NCBI GenBank assembly: GCA_973895155.1
Contig: OZ316899.1
Span: forward strand, 14,697,934-14,761,933
Length of the DNA: 64,000 nucleotides
Direction: 5' to 3'
DNA from: Marsupella aquatica
Lineage: Eukaryota; Plantae; Marchantiophyta
How positions within the stretch are numbered: position 1 is the first letter of the stretch; every line of letters begins with the position of its first letter. Shown one piece after another: positions 1-11,908 of this stretch. The position numbers and the translations under genes were made by a program. The notes under the pieces were generated by a model. That model was given only the letters and a program-made list of their open reading frames with translations, was not told the DNA's origin and did no database searches.

Positions 1-2759
1 TAGGTCGAGGATGGTAGTGGTGGGTGTAGCCATCACTGGGCGGGATGGGAAATTGGTCCCATATGAAGTCGTCGGGTCCCTCGGGGGCTCGAGTCGTCCG
101 TGTCCGAGCTCACCTCAATTGTGTTCACCTCTGTAACCACACGGCACTGACGTGCGGATGCAACATAAGTGCACTGTGATCATAAACCCTAAACCCTCAA
201 CCCTCAACGAACCGGTACATTAAGAGGTTGAGTCCAACCCCAATCCGGTCTTCTATTCCTTTGCTGGAAACAATCGATCCTGTAAATATTACTGTGAGTT
301 TCAAAGCTGGATCAAAGATTTTGTAGTTGAGGCGACTGAGAAATGCCCTTGACTGAGACATACCTCTAGAAGAATCTTACTAGTGTAATGCCCAATGAAG
401 AAATACCTACAGAAGAACACTTGTGCTCATCTACTCTAATTCTCCTATTTACTATCTAGGTAAGTTCCCACAAACCTCCAAGTACCACTCCTCAAACTGA
501 ATTCGCTTGTGCCCTCCATAGGTACCTCCTCCTACCTTCAATTGTTACCCCCAGTAGCTCCTTCCCGGTATCTAGTAACTCTCTAATTCTTGACCCTAAA
601 TCTTGGGCACTCATCTCAATCCTCAAATCTCTCTCTCTCTTGGATTCCAACAGCACTCCGATCTCTCCATACTCAACCCTGGGGTGTCTACTTGACCTGG
701 TATCACTCCTTGGATCCTTGAGCAACACCCATAAGCCACAAGCAATGCAAACAAATTTTCCCTCGAATCTCAATGCAGGTTCCAATGGAAATGGGCTGCG
801 AATCATGACGATAATGATGATGCGCGCAGAAATTTGTTGGATTGATCTTCTTCACGCAAATGATACCAAGCTATTTAAAAGGTCCAAAATGTGATAGCTC
901 CTGTGTTGTACAATACGATGAACTGAAAAACGTTTGGCTTCAATTTAACCTGATTAAAAAATAAAAACCAAAACTGAAGACAACAATTCTATCAGGTTGC
1001 TTCATATATAGTCCGGCTAAAGAGAGCCCCAACTCCTTTTTGATCATTTACTTGGAATCTCCAAACAGACTCACGTCATGCTTTCCATGCTGAACAGGAG
1101 TCCAACACTGCAACCTGTTCTTTTAAGCTTATTATACTGAAGCCATTTCTCTATCTGCAATAAGCTACTGAGTACTGATAGTTGGGCTGGACTGGGGTAG
1201 TTGCCAATCGATTCCCTGCCAGTTTCTGCCAGAATCAACATCAACTGGCCAGGCTGCAACAGACGTTTCTCGCATACGGGACACTAATGGCGATGGAACA
1301 TGTCCAACTGTGCTGCTCTACCTCTTGGCCCAGCTTAACCCCTAAACAAAAACATGGCAAAATGGATTCCAAAGAATTTTACAACCCTAAACTCTCTCCA
1401 CAACGCTGAATCACAAATTCGTCGGAACCAAACACAAATTACCATCCAGGTCGTCTCCTTGGAAGATGGCCTCTTGGTGAATGACATATTTGTCTTTCAC
1501 AGGATTACAAAATCACAGGGTACTGTCGGGAATCATGAGAGTACTACTAACTTGAGCCACAGTTCCGCCCATCAACACTGCAATTAATTCAACCTAATCC
1601 AATTCAGAACTCGTCAACAAAAACTACTACTTCTTCTATGTCTTCTGCACCTGGTGTTGTTGTACCATGATCCAAAGCAGGATCTGGGCAGCCACTGAGT
1701 CCTCCCGAAGTCTCTCACCATGATCCAATCCACCCTCCACTTTCAACCCGAGCTAGGTAAAAGGATCAACAAAACAATGCCAATACACGATTCAAGGTCA
1801 GACCTTTCTGTCACACATGCAAACACCAGAAAACCCAGCTGAACTGGAAAAATATGAGGAAACGGCACCGGTCAAACTTCTCACAGAGCACTGGCTTTGG
1901 CCTCCGATGGAGACCACCACATGGGTTACAGCCGCCTGCCCTGCCCCGCCCCACTCTTGTTGCTTGGATCATTTTCTTGCTACTGCTTTATCCTAAACAT
2001 GAGCTCCAATAGGCACACTCCGCCAGTTTCCATCCGTGCAGCTAAGAGCTGAAAAGAGAGAACGGGCATTCGAGTAGATCCACATTCAAGCTTGTCGAAG
2101 GAGGAGTGCAAGGAACAAAGAGAGGCTCGGATTTGAGATTACAGGGCTCCCGGACAGGCTAAAATATCTGACTACAAAGAACCAATTGAATTTATCAAAG
2201 CTCCTAGTGAATCAATTGAATTTCCTCCTGTCCACATTGACAAATAACGGAAATAAGTGCCTCATTTCATTGCAATGTCCCACTAAATTTGACAGCACAA
2301 TCGCATCAGCAAGAGGTGGAGAGTAGATTGGCAGGGCTGAATCAAGAATGAACCCCAAACTTAAATAGCTAAGTTGAGTTCGAGCAGTTGAGATCTACCG
2401 AAAAGAGATCGTTGTAGTACTACGTGTGTCTCTGGTGGACGCGATTGAAAACATTGCTGTATGAATTGGAAAGCTCATCACCATGGCCACAGACTCGGTT
2501 TCAAGTCGTTAGTATTGATTTTCAAACTCTTTCCCAACTCACGCATTTTGGAATGCATTTACGCTCAAGCCCATTGTGTTTTCAAAACACTCACCCTCGC
2601 TCCCAAGTTCAACAAGCCCCCATAGTGACGGTCTCGAGGCTTCACTCATTACTTAAGACTAGCACCGACTACCCGTTCTTTCAACGTCAGTACCTGAGGA
2701 GAGTACAATAAAATGTAAACAAAATGTATTCCATATTCCAACTCTTGAAATGTCTCTTT

Positions 2760-2839
2760 TATAAAAGCGCCAACTACAACCTACAGTTGGGGTCTAAGAA
2801 GCCTAGGCCCCAACTCGTCCTTGTAGTTGGCGCTTTATA
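2760..2839. repeat. ~80-bp near-perfect inverted repeat (hairpin)
   Basis: TATAAAAGCGCCAACTACAA pairs with TTGTAGTTGGCGCTTTATA; inner arms AGTTGGGGTCTA and TAGGCCCCAACT enclose a 7-nt loop. Confidence 0.85.
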
Positions 2840-3951
2840 AGTAAGATAGCAAATCAAGTCACGATGGGCGAGAGAACTAACAACTATTCACATCAAGCAT
2901 GAAATGCTCGTCCGGTATCCAAGCTAGCTGCCGACGCCGTGCGTTTGGTTGTTGCATGATCATACGTCGACTATCGCCTCACTATCAACAGAAAAAATGT
3001 TCAACAAAAAAATATGTGAGTCACTGTAATCGGAGAGAGCCAAGCACTAAGCAATACTGGACTCCAAGCAAAGCCTCTTGCATACAACTGATCAATTGTG
3101 CCGAAGCAGTAGAGTACCGTCCATGAATAGTACTCACGCAGTGTTGTTTGCACTCAGGGCTTTAGGTAGTTCTTTTGCCCGGACAAAGATTCACCGCACC
3201 ACCATACACCTGCAAAGGATTCCGCGATCGATCAATCTCATGAGCACTCCACTCACAGAACTCCAGATAAAGTAATGCTAAGCTTTATGAATCATCTCTC
3301 AACGGTCTCCTCAGTAGGAGCGGATCGGGGAGTCGTCAGAGGGAGAGGCAAAAATCTGTAGCAGAGGTTGCTACCTCGAACCTGGACCAGGGCTACCCAG
3401 AGCGACCTGCGGGGAGGAATTCAAAACCTTTACCGAGAATAATTCGATTTCACTTACACTCATCCTGCCACATGCAAGGAGTAAAGTAGATTGAGTCGAG
3501 TCAAAATAATACGTCAGTTTGTTGACATGTATCACCAGGAAATGAAAATCAAAGTGGGCTCCAATCAAAAGGCCGCCCCTCTGTAAGCTTGCATTTGCTG
3601 CTGGGACGATTGTTGAGGATGCAAGCTGGGATGATTGTCGAGGACAATGATCTGCAAAACAACGATCAAACAGCAAAGCAAAAATGAAATGGCATCTGAG
3701 CAATCATTGCTGAGCTAGAACTTCCCTTGCATTCAAAGGACGTAGCTCCTGTGCTTTCCCACGCACCGCCATCGCAATATCCACAAGCTCCCTTGTGCAC
3801 CTCCCTCGCGTTCCCGTGTGACACTGCCAGATCTGCCGCGCCGCCCGCTTTGAGATTTACGCTACTTTTGACCTAGTTCCCGCTCCCCTGCGTCGTGTTA
3901 CTCCTCACCCCTCACTTTCCGTCAGAACCTGCAATTTTTTGACCCTAGAGT

Positions 3952-3981
3952 TACGGTCTAGAGGCTTCACTCTAGACCGTA
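3952..3981. repeat. 12-bp perfect inverted repeat with 6-nt loop
   Basis: TACGGTCTAGAG-GCTTCA-CTCTAGACCGTA. Confidence 0.8.
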
Positions 3982-5749
3982 CGCGTGAGCAATAGCTTCT
4001 AGTCTACATTTTTTTTCTCCTCGCCGCTATTCACGTTCAAAGGACAAGTACAGTAGTCCCGACTAGTATTATACCAGGCCCGTGACTGAGCAGGTCAGTC
4101 ACAAAGGCTGAACTTACACGACTACTACAGTGTACTGTAGTTGTTTCCAGAAAACCCTAAACTCTATGGATGAAAACCCATCTTTGCAACATGTCCAATG
4201 TCATTTTCTAGTTACCTGGAATTGAGTTGACAAGAGTGGTGCCATCATGGAAGAAGAATATACCTTTGTCTCGGAGGACTGACTGCTTACTTTCATCACT
4301 TGAGTCACTCTGTAGCAAACGTATATGTGGTCCACTATGCTTTTGGGCCAAATTGGGTAATATGAGTGTGACGCTGGGGTGACCTCACCCCCTGGACAAA
4401 GCAAAACTTTTCACACCAGGCACTTTGTCTCTTTAGTACTATGAGACCACTAAGGAAGCACTGAAAAATTCTCTTCGATCATGACCATGTAAACAATTAG
4501 GCAAATAAGTATGCCAAAGGGGATGCCCTCATGGATCAGAAAATTCCAAGTCAACATTGAGACACCTCGAATTCTTGGTCTTAACCTAAATCCAGCCACT
4601 CCCATTGGTGATATAAGTCAATAAAAAGCACACCTGACCCAAAATCTTATATAATGTTGGCATGAATTACCTTAGTTATAGTCACAATTAATTTTGTAAC
4701 TACTAATTAAAAACACACATGACTCAAATCTTATACAAAAGCTGACTTGCTTAGAAAAAAATTTCACACATTGTTTTGTTCTAAGCCCTAAACTCTGAAC
4801 AATACCCCGACCCTAACGCGCCTGCCACAGAAGAGATATTAATAGGGACTTGAAATATATATTATGTTGCTAATGAAAACAAAAGGTACCCATCTACTAC
4901 TATAATAACGAATCCCGCCAGTTTTAGTCCATAGTCCCGTTACAGAAATGAAAAAGGAGGGAACAAAGCTAAGCCATCAAATATTTTCTTGAATTATTTA
5001 TGGCTCTTGGACTGAGTCAGATGGGAACCTAAAATTGGCTGTAAGTTATAGTATAAGGTAGGTATGTAACTTATAGTACAAGGTAGATATAATACATCAT
5101 AGACTACTTGCATGTGCTACTGTAGTTATTTTGTAGCTTGCGTATAATACTTTTTGGCATGGAGCATTAAAGTGTAAGTATATTATTTTATGGTCTATTA
5201 ATTTAGAGTACATTTGGCATGGGACATGAAAGTGAAAAGATTCACTTGAGATAATGGTTTTGGTAGGGAGTGTGCACTAAGGGGAAGAGAGTAGGTTGAC
5301 ATTATATTATTTAACCCTAAACTCTTAAAGAGGAGATTTAACTCTTTAAAAATTAGTTAATTTTTAGTTATCTTGCATGGACCCCAATTTCTATTTTGCA
5401 CAATGATATCTTTCACTCAACAAAAGTTTTTGTGTAATAATGTATTTTAACAATTATTATTTTTATTCAACGATTATCTTTTACACCACGTACGATCTAT
5501 TTCTCAACAACATCTTTAACCAAACAACATCTATTATGCAACGCACTGGGATTGAAAGGATATCGAGAGAATGATCATCTTTGCTAAACCCTAAGACACT
5601 AAATCTGAAACCGATAATATAACGTTGCTCCAATTTATAGTGGGACGCCATTCAAATGCATGGGCATTTTGGGTAAAAAAACAAAACAAAGAAAAAGACT
5701 CACTCCTTCTTAGTTTCCTTGATTTTTTATTTCATAACATCTTTCACAG

Positions 5750-6520
5750 AACGATGGCTTGGGTGAAATAACACCATTTTTCTTTTAACATTTTTTGCTT
5801 CACGATATCTTTGGCAAAATGACACCTTTTTCTTAATATCATCTTTCACACAATGGCATGTTTGGCAAAACTACTTTTTCTTAAGACATCTTTATACTTT
5901 GTGACATCTTTCACTTAACAACATCTTGGGCAACACGACATCTTATTTCTTAACAACATCTTTTGTGCAACGCACGGGTATTTTTTGTGAACAATGTCTT
6001 GGCCGACATGACATTTTTTTCTCAACATCTTCGCAAACATGACAATTTTTTCTCAACATCTTGGCCGACACAACGTCTTTTTTCTCAACGACTTCTTGGC
6101 CGACATGAAATTTTTTTGCTCAATGATCTCTTGGCCAACACAACATCTTTTTTCCTCAATGACCTCTTGGGCGACAAGACATCTTTTTTCTCCACGACCT
6201 CTTGGTTGACACTACATATTTTCTTTCAACGACCTCTTGGCCAATACAACATCTTTTTTTCTCAACGGCATCTTGACCAACACAACTTCTTTTCTCTCAA
6301 TGACCTCTTGGGCGACATGACATTGTTTCTCTCAACTACCTCTTGGGCAACACGACATCTTTTCTCTCCGCAACCTCTTGGGCAACACAACATCTTTTCT
6401 CTCCATGACCTCCTAGGCAACACTACATCCTTTTTCTCCACGACCTCTTGGCTGACACTACATCATTTTTCTCAATGCCATCTTGGCCGACACGACTTCT
6501 TTTGTGCAACGCACAGGTAT
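5750..6520. repeat. AT-rich degenerate minisatellite, unit ~35-40 bp
   Basis: Recurring TTTTTCTC(A/C)ACGACCTCTTGG(C/G)C(G/A)ACAC(G/A)ACATC-like units; the 186-aa ORF 5963-6523 simply translates the repeat. Confidence 0.9.
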
Positions 6521-8379
6521 TGAGCTATCCCTATTATATATACTGGTTCTACCCTGGATGAAGAAAAAACTTCGTCGCTTGAAGTAAATAGATCAACTAC
6601 AGCAGGAGACCTTCAAGCTCACGCTTCTAACTACCGTACAACTCAAATGGGTGGGGTTGGCATATCCTCGTGTAGAGGTAGGGTAGTTATTATTAGTACC
6701 AATGCCAGTGCCGCTCTAACGACAAACACTGAGCTTGAAGGGTGTGGTGGCCGCATCACCGTGTAGTACTAGGGTACTTAATTATCAGTACAAGCGTCAC
6801 TCAACAAGAAACACTCAGTCGCATATTCTGCTCGGGGCATCTCTCTCATACTCAGGTAGTTCAATGCTTTCATCAGGCGACAGGTATGAAACACTGTTCA
6901 TTCGCACATTTTACTTTTCGGGCTATCGGCGGGCGAGGCGAGGCGAGGCGAGGCGGAGCGAGAGAGAGAGAGAGACAATCCCTCTTACCCAGGTTTAGGG
7001 TTCAACCATCCTTTGGTGTCATTCTTTATTTGCGCTATGACGATGGTGAATCAGGCAAGGCATTATTGGGGCTGTGTTCTTGAGTACGGGGGTCTACTCA
7101 TAGCAACATACAAAGAGCAGCAGCCAGAGCAAGCGGATGAAGAGAGACAACTCATACAAAAGTTGTGGGAGCTCCTTGAGGTTGCATTCATCGGTGGGGA
7201 ATGCATTTCTGTGGATCTTTTATGGTCACCATCGGTTGATGAACTCAACCGCATTTGGTTTGAGGAGGATCAGTTGTTGTCGGTAAGGCGAGCGATTGAT
7301 AGGTGTCCAGACGACAGGTGGGTACTACCAGGCTGGACGTTGAAGTGGACGCCAGAGGCTGTGCTAGGTGAAGGCTCACGGCGAGGAAGCGAGGGGAAAC
7401 GAGCTCTACTGGCAGCAAATGCACATGGGAAGAAACATGAAGAGGCAGTCGTTTCGCCACCGGCAAAAATAAAGAAGAGTGGAGCAGGTCGGCAGTCAGC
7501 ACGACCGCGATGAAACGGGACACCGACAGTGCCACCAATGAGTCTAGGTCGGAATAGTGAGACTGGGGAAGAACCGGGAGGAATTGATGCTGCGGCCACC
7601 ACATCGACGCCGAAGGATTGGAATTGGAAGGGTTGGGTTGACATGGTAGCAGAGGAACTTTGACTCAAATTTATTTGGGATGACGACGATGTATTCCGAG
7701 TCATAGTTTCAGGCAGGTATCCCAAATTCCTACACGGGTCGGGGCTGGAGAAATTTGTCTGGTTACCCTGGACTGCCCAAGATATAACCCACAGAGAGAT
7801 GATGATGTTCGTAGCTAATTGGGATCTTGAGCGCAAGCTCACGCATATATTTGGTCGAGAATTCCAATTTTCAGAGAAGGTGGTATCCGAAGTGTTTGGG
7901 CTAGCCTTCAGAGAGCCGGTTAAAATTGGCAGGACGGTTCACATTAAGGACACCGAGTGCAGGGACTTTGAGGGACCACCCAACGTGAACGGATTCTTGC
8001 GCTTTCAATGTATCAATATTCAGACTCGTGACATCCTGGATTTCCTTTGAGTTACGATGTAGTTTACTCCGAGACGGCCTGAGTTCGGGAAGAATGAGGT
8101 GGCATTGGTAAATCAGCTCAGCACAGGGGTGGACTACTGTGGTTTTCTTTTCAAGAGATTGTTGGAGGCATTGAATACCAATCATAGAATGATGTCGGTT
8201 GGGCGTGTTTCCCGGCTGGCATATCACTTGCCACTAATCATAAAACATGCTCAAACTCAACTACATCAGCCAACAGAGATTCCCACTCAAATCGGACTAG
8301 GGAAGGGATAAGAAGATGCAGAAGGCCGGGACCTAGCACTTATCATGTGGAGTAAGAAACCACTGCCACTGGCGCTAAG

Positions 8380-11300
8380 TGTGATGCCTAGCCAGGAATC
8401 ACTGGGCTAGTTTAAGGGGAAAAGGGAAGTGTACCTTAGAAACACCTTAGTATAGTTACATAAATAAGGAAAATATAAACAATTAAGGGTGACTATGGAA
8501 CCCGAGCCGAGGCCGGAAGTAAGGACGCCAGGGAGAGAACACGATTAGGGGTAAGGACCGCTCGCGAGGAATAGTAGCTCATTTGCAAGCACGAACTGAG
8601 CAGGCGACTACGGGCGGCTAACTACTGTCAACTGCTTAGGCAAGCGCTCAGGGTGGGAACAGATACCGACTATCAACTCGAGAAGGGTATGAGCAACGTC
8701 AATCAAGCGGCATATTTTTGGGGATGCCTGTTCGAACGGGCAACTGAGTATATTGGGACTTACGAGGACGCAAAATTGGAGAGAGCAGCTCGAGAACGGC
8801 AGGAGCTCGCCCGATTGTGGGAGCTGCAGAAACCTGCCTTCTTAGGAGGAGAACTCATCAAGGCTGAATTCCTGTGGACGCCTATTGGCAACGAGCTAGA
8901 CGACCTGCTGTTTTGCGAAGACAGAGTCGTCGGCATCCGAGAAGCCATCAAACGCTGCAACGACATACACTGGGAGTTGAAGGGTAGCACGGAGGGGTGG
9001 ACAAAGGCAACCGTGCTAGGAGAGACATCCACAACAGCCGAGATGAAGAGGAAGAGGAACAACAACAAAGAGGCCACCCCGGCAAAAAAAATGTGGTTGG
9101 CGGCACCAAAGAAGCCAGCAGAACAACAGAGCAGGAGGCAAAGAGAAGCCGAGGAGGAGGAGGTCGACCCCATCAATGCCATTCCAACAAACGATGACAC
9201 TTGGAAAGGCTGGGCGGCGACCCTATCGGAGGAAGTGCAATTACACTTTGCACGGGAGGAGGATGCATGCTTTACAGCCATGCAGACCAAGAAGTACCAA
9301 GGCTTCATGGCCGGATCCGGCTTGGAAGCCTTCGTAAGATTACCATGGCTGAAGCCGGAGGTGCCGGACTCAGACTTGTTAGAATTCGTGGGATCATGGG
9401 AACCCGAGACCAATTCCACGAGGGTGTATGGGAAGGATTTCTATCTCACTCCCCGGGTGATTGCTGAAGTGTTTGGCTTGCCGATGGGTAATAAGACCAA
9501 GGTTGATACCAGGAAGACCTTACCTGACAAGGAGTTTCGGTCGTTCCCAGGACCATCAACAAAGAATGGCTTCTTCCGGAACACCTGCACCAACCCGCAC
9601 ATCGGAGAGATGATCGATTTCTTGCGGGTGACCATGCACTGTAACTTGCCGAGGGCAGAGATCGGCAAGGCTCAGGTCTACCTGGCAGAAAGGCCAGACC
9701 CAAGCCGGGATTACAACGGGTACCTCCTCAACCAACTGAAGAAGATCTTGAAGGAGGAACAGCAGGTGATCGGCGTGGGAAGCATGTCCCAGCTTGGCTA
9801 TCACATGCCGCTGTTGTGCCGGTATGCCAGAAGTCAAATCTTTGCCCCAATACTTCCCCTATCGACAAGAGCACCGGAGGAAGTCCCGAAGCAGAGGCCG
9901 GCACCAGAGAAGCCCAACCAGCCCGACAGTCCGACGATCGAGCAGGTGTTTAGACCAAGGAAAGAAGACTTGCCGATGCAGCAACCAGGCATGCAAAATC
10001 TGCTGAAATTGCTGGAGAAGGAAAGGAGAACGGTTCCGGCAACGGCAACAGATGCGGCACCGATACACGACGCTGCCCCAGAAGCCGACCTAAGCCGGCT
10101 TACAAGGGAAAACCCCTTTACTGGAGTCAAGGAGAGAGGGAGGCTGGAACACGAGCCGGGAGTCCGGATGTATGTAGGAGCCTCAAGTCCCGAAGCCGAG
10201 GAAAAGCAGGCCGTAGCTCCCGGCCACGACAAGGAGAACAAGAGATCAACATGGAAGCCGGAGGAGGAACCAAGACCGGTGAGAGGTGAAGCCGTGTTCA
10301 CAACAAAACCAGGAGAACAGCGGGAGAAGCCGGTAGTCCAAGCCGAGGAGGAGGCGGTAGAGGACTACAGCAATGATGACTCCGGCTACGGGTCGGATCA
10401 TCATGTTCTAGGAGTAAGGACCTGTGGCCGGTTCATCCCCACGCTCCCAAGAGTAGTTCGAGGAGACCCAAGCCAGCAGAGTAGCCCCAAGTCTCCCCCA
10501 CCAGATGTCGCTCCCCCGAGCTTTGACGGCATAAAACAGACGGCGCAGGAATTTCAGGAGCAAATCAGGGAGGAAGAGGAGGCAGCCCTGGCTAGGGAAA
10601 AGGATTTACCAGGAGGAGAATGGCCAGAGGACATCAGGCGGCTTGCAGAAAAACAAAGCAACCCTCTTGCCACCGTAGAAGAAATCCGCAAGACGGCTTG
10701 GGAGCAGAGGCCGCGGTGGTTGATGCCGATGACTTCTAGTTACTCCACCTATGCTAAGGATAGAGCCATGGAGTACGGGGAAATGTGTGGAGAGCTAGCG
10801 CTCAACATCTTTGGGGAGGATTTGGAGCAAGGACCCTTTTTCCAGAGGGAGATGTTGGAGAAGCGCCAATTAGAAGAAGCTGTGGCTTTGGAAAGAAGCA
10901 AGAAGGACGAGGTCATCCATTGGCTTAGGGCAAGAGAAGCCGAAATCAAAGACCTGGGGGCGGCCAAGAAAGCCCAAGATGAGCTGCGGATTAAGCGGCA
11001 TGAGCTAAATATCATGCAGGGCCAATTGGATACCGCACAGTCTGATAATCGGATTATCGAGAATAAACTGACTCGAACCCAAGGAGAGTTGGCCGATGCG
11101 GTCAAGGAGCGGGAGAAGTGGAAGCGAGAGCTGAGGGATGCAGAGGAGGCCCACATAACGGCCAACAACCGGGCCATGGCCTCGCTGTACATAGGTAGAT
11201 TCAGTTAGGTAGATTAGGCTTACGCTGCAAAGAATTAGGCGGATCCACTACCAAGATAAGTACCTGGGCAGCGGGGAGCTCAGGGCCTCTTCTTTAGCAA

Positions 11301-11908
11301 GTTTTTAGTTGCACCAGCCGGGCTGGGATCAAGTAGTAAGAGAAGCTCTCGGTTAGTCATACAATGACCCTTGTGTATATTCATGTTTCCTCATGCCTAA
11401 GAGCTGAATAGAGTTGGCCTCACGGCTTAGTTCGCAGAGCTTGTGTATGAGATGTACTGTTTGTATGGCAAGTGCATGGTATGACTCAGTCAGAAGGAGT
11501 CATTTTGCTATTTGTGTGTCGCATTAACTTGTGTGAAGAGTGCCCACATCAACTAATAGATGAAGGAAAGTAAGCAAGGGAGTGAGAGTTGGATGTGTCG
11601 AGCTGAGAGAGGTCTTAGCGGCTTAACCAAGCCTATTGGGGATCATTCCGGCGGCGGAATCCAAATATACCTAACAAGAAGGAGGGGAAGACAAGGGAAG
11701 GCCTAGATTAGGCCGGCTACGTATCTCATGACCCGATGAAGGATCTGTCCAGTATATGTGTGTAAAATGTTAATAGTAGTAGTAGAGGGAGGTTAGCAGC
11801 GTCCCATGCCACTAAGCCGCGAAAACGGCCTCGCCAAGCGTGAAACCTACGGGAATCGGCTTGTGAAGGGGGGTTTCTGGGGTTTAGGGAGCCATATGAC
11901 GCACCACA
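8380..11908 (+). mobile_element. Solo LTR (3,529 bp) of the same family as the 25121-40661 element, with an ~1.1-kb internal deletion
   Basis: Starts TGTGATGCCTAG and ends GCACCACA like the full-element LTRs; 5-bp TSD CTAAG at 8375-8379 and 11909-11913; no gag/pol, PBS or PPT adjacent. Confidence 0.95.
8689..11208 (+). CDS. LTR-encoded accessory protein (PMD-like motif plus coiled coil), C-terminally truncated by deletion
   Basis: Open frame from ATG 8689, near-identical in its core to 26042-29407; similarity stops after ANNRAMA (~11180), where the sequence jumps to downstream LTR sequence. Confidence 0.85.
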   Translation: MSNVNQAAYFWGCLFERATEYIGTYEDAKLERAARERQELARLWELQKPAFLGGELIKAEFLWTPIGNELDDLLFCEDRVVGIREAIKRCNDIHWELKGSTEGWTKATVLGETSTTAEMKRKRNNNKEATPAKKMWLAAPKKPAEQQSRRQREAEEEEVDPINAIPTNDDTWKGWAATLSEEVQLHFAREEDACFTAMQTKKYQGFMAGSGLEAFVRLPWLKPEVPDSDLLEFVGSWEPETNSTRVYGKDFYLTPRVIAEVFGLPMGNKTKVDTRKTLPDKEFRSFPGPSTKNGFFRNTCTNPHIGEMIDFLRVTMHCNLPRAEIGKAQVYLAERPDPSRDYNGYLLNQLKKILKEEQQVIGVGSMSQLGYHMPLLCRYARSQIFAPILPLSTRAPEEVPKQRPAPEKPNQPDSPTIEQVFRPRKEDLPMQQPGMQNLLKLLEKERRTVPATATDAAPIHDAAPEADLSRLTRENPFTGVKERGRLEHEPGVRMYVGASSPEAEEKQAVAPGHDKENKRSTWKPEEEPRPVRGEAVFTTKPGEQREKPVVQAEEEAVEDYSNDDSGYGSDHHVLGVRTCGRFIPTLPRVVRGDPSQQSSPKSPPPDVAPPSFDGIKQTAQEFQEQIREEEEAALAREKDLPGGEWPEDIRRLAEKQSNPLATVEEIRKTAWEQRPRWLMPMTSSYSTYAKDRAMEYGEMCGELALNIFGEDLEQGPFFQREMLEKRQLEEAVALERSKKDEVIHWLRAREAEIKDLGAAKKAQDELRIKRHELNIMQGQLDTAQSDNRIIENKLTRTQGELADAVKEREKWKRELRDAEEAHITANNRAMASLYIGRFS

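Noticed and set aside
184-207. Telomere or interstitial telomeric array (also ~17101 and ~59036)
   Set aside because: Only 2-3 degenerate units; scattered telo-box motifs rather than an array
130-3950. Possible spliced minus-strand gene or LINE remnant
   Set aside because: Some splice-acceptor-like sites, but no recognisable protein motif or consistent frame
5963-6523. 186-aa ORF
   Set aside because: Translation of a minisatellite
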